Below are positions 63,239 through 64,000 of a DNA stretch of 64,000 nt, in pieces (within the stretch, counting starts at the first letter, position 1; the number at the start of each line of letters is the position of its first letter). The position numbers were made by a program, and so were the translations under genes. Source of the DNA: Vicinamibacterales bacterium. Its GTDB lineage: Bacteria; Acidobacteriota; Vicinamibacteria; Vicinamibacterales; SCN-69-37. The stretch is taken from contig JBBDWL010000047.1 in the NCBI GenBank assembly GCA_040902895.1, forward strand, positions 12,815-76,814, written 5' to 3'. The notes beneath the pieces were generated by a model. That model was not told the DNA's origin. It searched no databases and saw only the letters and a list, made by a program, of their open reading frames with translations.

Positions 63239-64000
63239 CTATATCGCAGCCCGCTCGTCTTCGGTCAGGCCGTAGAGGTTGGCGACGGCTGCCTCAACGG
63301 CCTCTGGCTCCGAGCGGTGATCTCCTCCGCGTCGCCGGACTGCGGCCGCGCCAAAGAGCGGTCGCGGCTGCGATCTTTTAACGCCGTCGCTGCGGAAATC
63401 ACCACTCGGAGCCAGAGGCGCGAGTCCGTCAACTGCTCTGTCGCGCTCCGGCACCGGCAGCCATTCCATCAGCGACGTCGTCAGGTGCGAGCCGACGAAG
63501 AGGCGGATGAGAAAGTTCGCGACGCGGCTGTTCAGGATGATGCAGAGAGCCTGCAGTGCCGGCGCGTCCCAGTCGTTGCGAAGGCAGAAGAGGCTGTGGC
63601 TCGTCACCATGCCGGCCGGCACGATCGCGGCGATGACGGTCTGGCGGTTGGTGGCGGCCGTGACGTCGCGATAGGCGAGCCGGGGCCGATCGAACGGGCA
63701 ATGGGGAAGCAGGCGGCGCGCGGCGGCTCGAGTGATGCGATGGCAGCCGCCGCTGATATCGATGCGATGCGGGTGCACGTGCTTGCCCTCGAGCACCGGC
63801 ATGCCCGATCGCCCGAACGACGGCCGATCTTCCGTCAGGTTCAGCTCGCGGCCGAACGAAGCGCTCCAGCCGAGCGGATCGCCGAGCGCGCGATGGCTGC
63901 GCGCCAGCTTCGCCGCAATCGCCAGTGTGCGCTCGTCACGGACGTCCGGCACGCGCCTCGAGGGACCGCCGAGCGCGCGCAGCACCGCGTCGGTGAGAAC
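63239..64000 (-). CDS. C-terminal part of a DNA-methyltransferase/type IIG-like protein (5' end outside the window) carrying an in-frame family-C hairpin
   Basis: ELNLTEDRPSF....GMPVLEGKHVHPHRID and the C-terminal ANLYGLTEDERAAI resemble the Eco57I-type/N6-MTase C-terminal regions I remember. The frame is open to the window edge. Confidence 0.45.
   Translation of the reverse strand, partial: VLTDAVLRALGGPSRRVPDVRDERTLAIAAKLARSHRALGDPLGWSASFGRELNLTEDRPSFGRSGMPVLEGKHVHPHRIDISGGCHRITRAAARRLLPHCPFDRPRLAYRDVTAATNRQTVIAAIVPAGMVTSHSLFCLRNDWDAPALQALCIILNSRVANFLIRLFVGSHLTTSLMEWLPVPERDRAVDGLAPLAPSGDFRSDGVKRSQPRPLFGAAAVRRRGGDHRSEPEAVEAAVANLYGLTEDERAAI
63301..63418. repeat. Family-C element: 118-bp hairpin with 21-bp terminal arms, inside a coding region
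   Basis: CCTCTGGCTCCGAGCGGTGAT (63301-63321) pairs with ATCACCACTCGGAGCCAGAGG (63398-63418) at 20 of 21 positions. The interior holds the shared core GCGGCTGCGATCTTTTAACGCCGTCGC. It is translated as PLAPSGDFRSDGVKRSQPRPLFGAAAVRRRGGDHRSEPE. Confidence 0.75.

Overview
This is a high-GC bacterial chromosomal window with dense coding on both strands. The gene content (many PIN/VapC modules, DUF1501/DUF1800 pairs, M14 peptidases) is consistent with a soil Acidobacteriota- or Gemmatimonadota-like genome, but that is only an inference. I saw no rRNA, tRNA, CRISPR array, transposase or integrase. All calls come from reading the sequence and the ORF track by eye. Family names are from memory, no search was run, and coordinates of small elements were counted by hand.

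Layout:
- **1-8.8 kb, defence-type island.** G+C is visibly lower here. A translationally coupled minus-strand operon encodes an XRE regulator, a GHKL ATPase, an unknown 313-aa protein, an Nth-like 4Fe-4S glycosylase/lyase, and a C5-cytosine methyltransferase with a ~290-aa unassigned C-terminal domain. A second, truncated GHKL ATPase gene converges on it. The island also holds a small DUF3427-like gene, two tiny genes, and a DUF3883 nuclease-like gene.
- **8.8-22.2 kb, toxin-antitoxin-rich housekeeping DNA.** It holds three vapBC pairs, one orphan vapC, and a vapC/higB deletion scar followed by an intact higA.
- **24.6-33.6 kb, complete arginine biosynthesis cluster.** argF-argJ-GNAT-argD-argB-argC lie on the minus strand and argR-argG-argH on the plus strand.
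- **33.6-64 kb, mixed functions.** These include peptidases, an orphan BMC-H shell gene, DUF1800/DUF1501, and a putative catabolic cluster (two CrtI-like flavoproteins, a GcvT-like protein, a Rieske oxygenase, a permease). There is also a molybdopterin oxidoreductase operon with a fused FeS-NrfD subunit and a degenerate GAF-DHp protein, and a truncated DNA-methylase-like gene at the right edge.

Most interesting:
- The RM-like operon has no recognisable restriction nuclease.
- Three families of short structured repeats occur. Two of them sit in frame inside protein-coding genes, resembling Rickettsia RPEs.
- Heptanucleotide arrays occur at three loci. One is a 74-bp dyad that fills a divergent promoter region.
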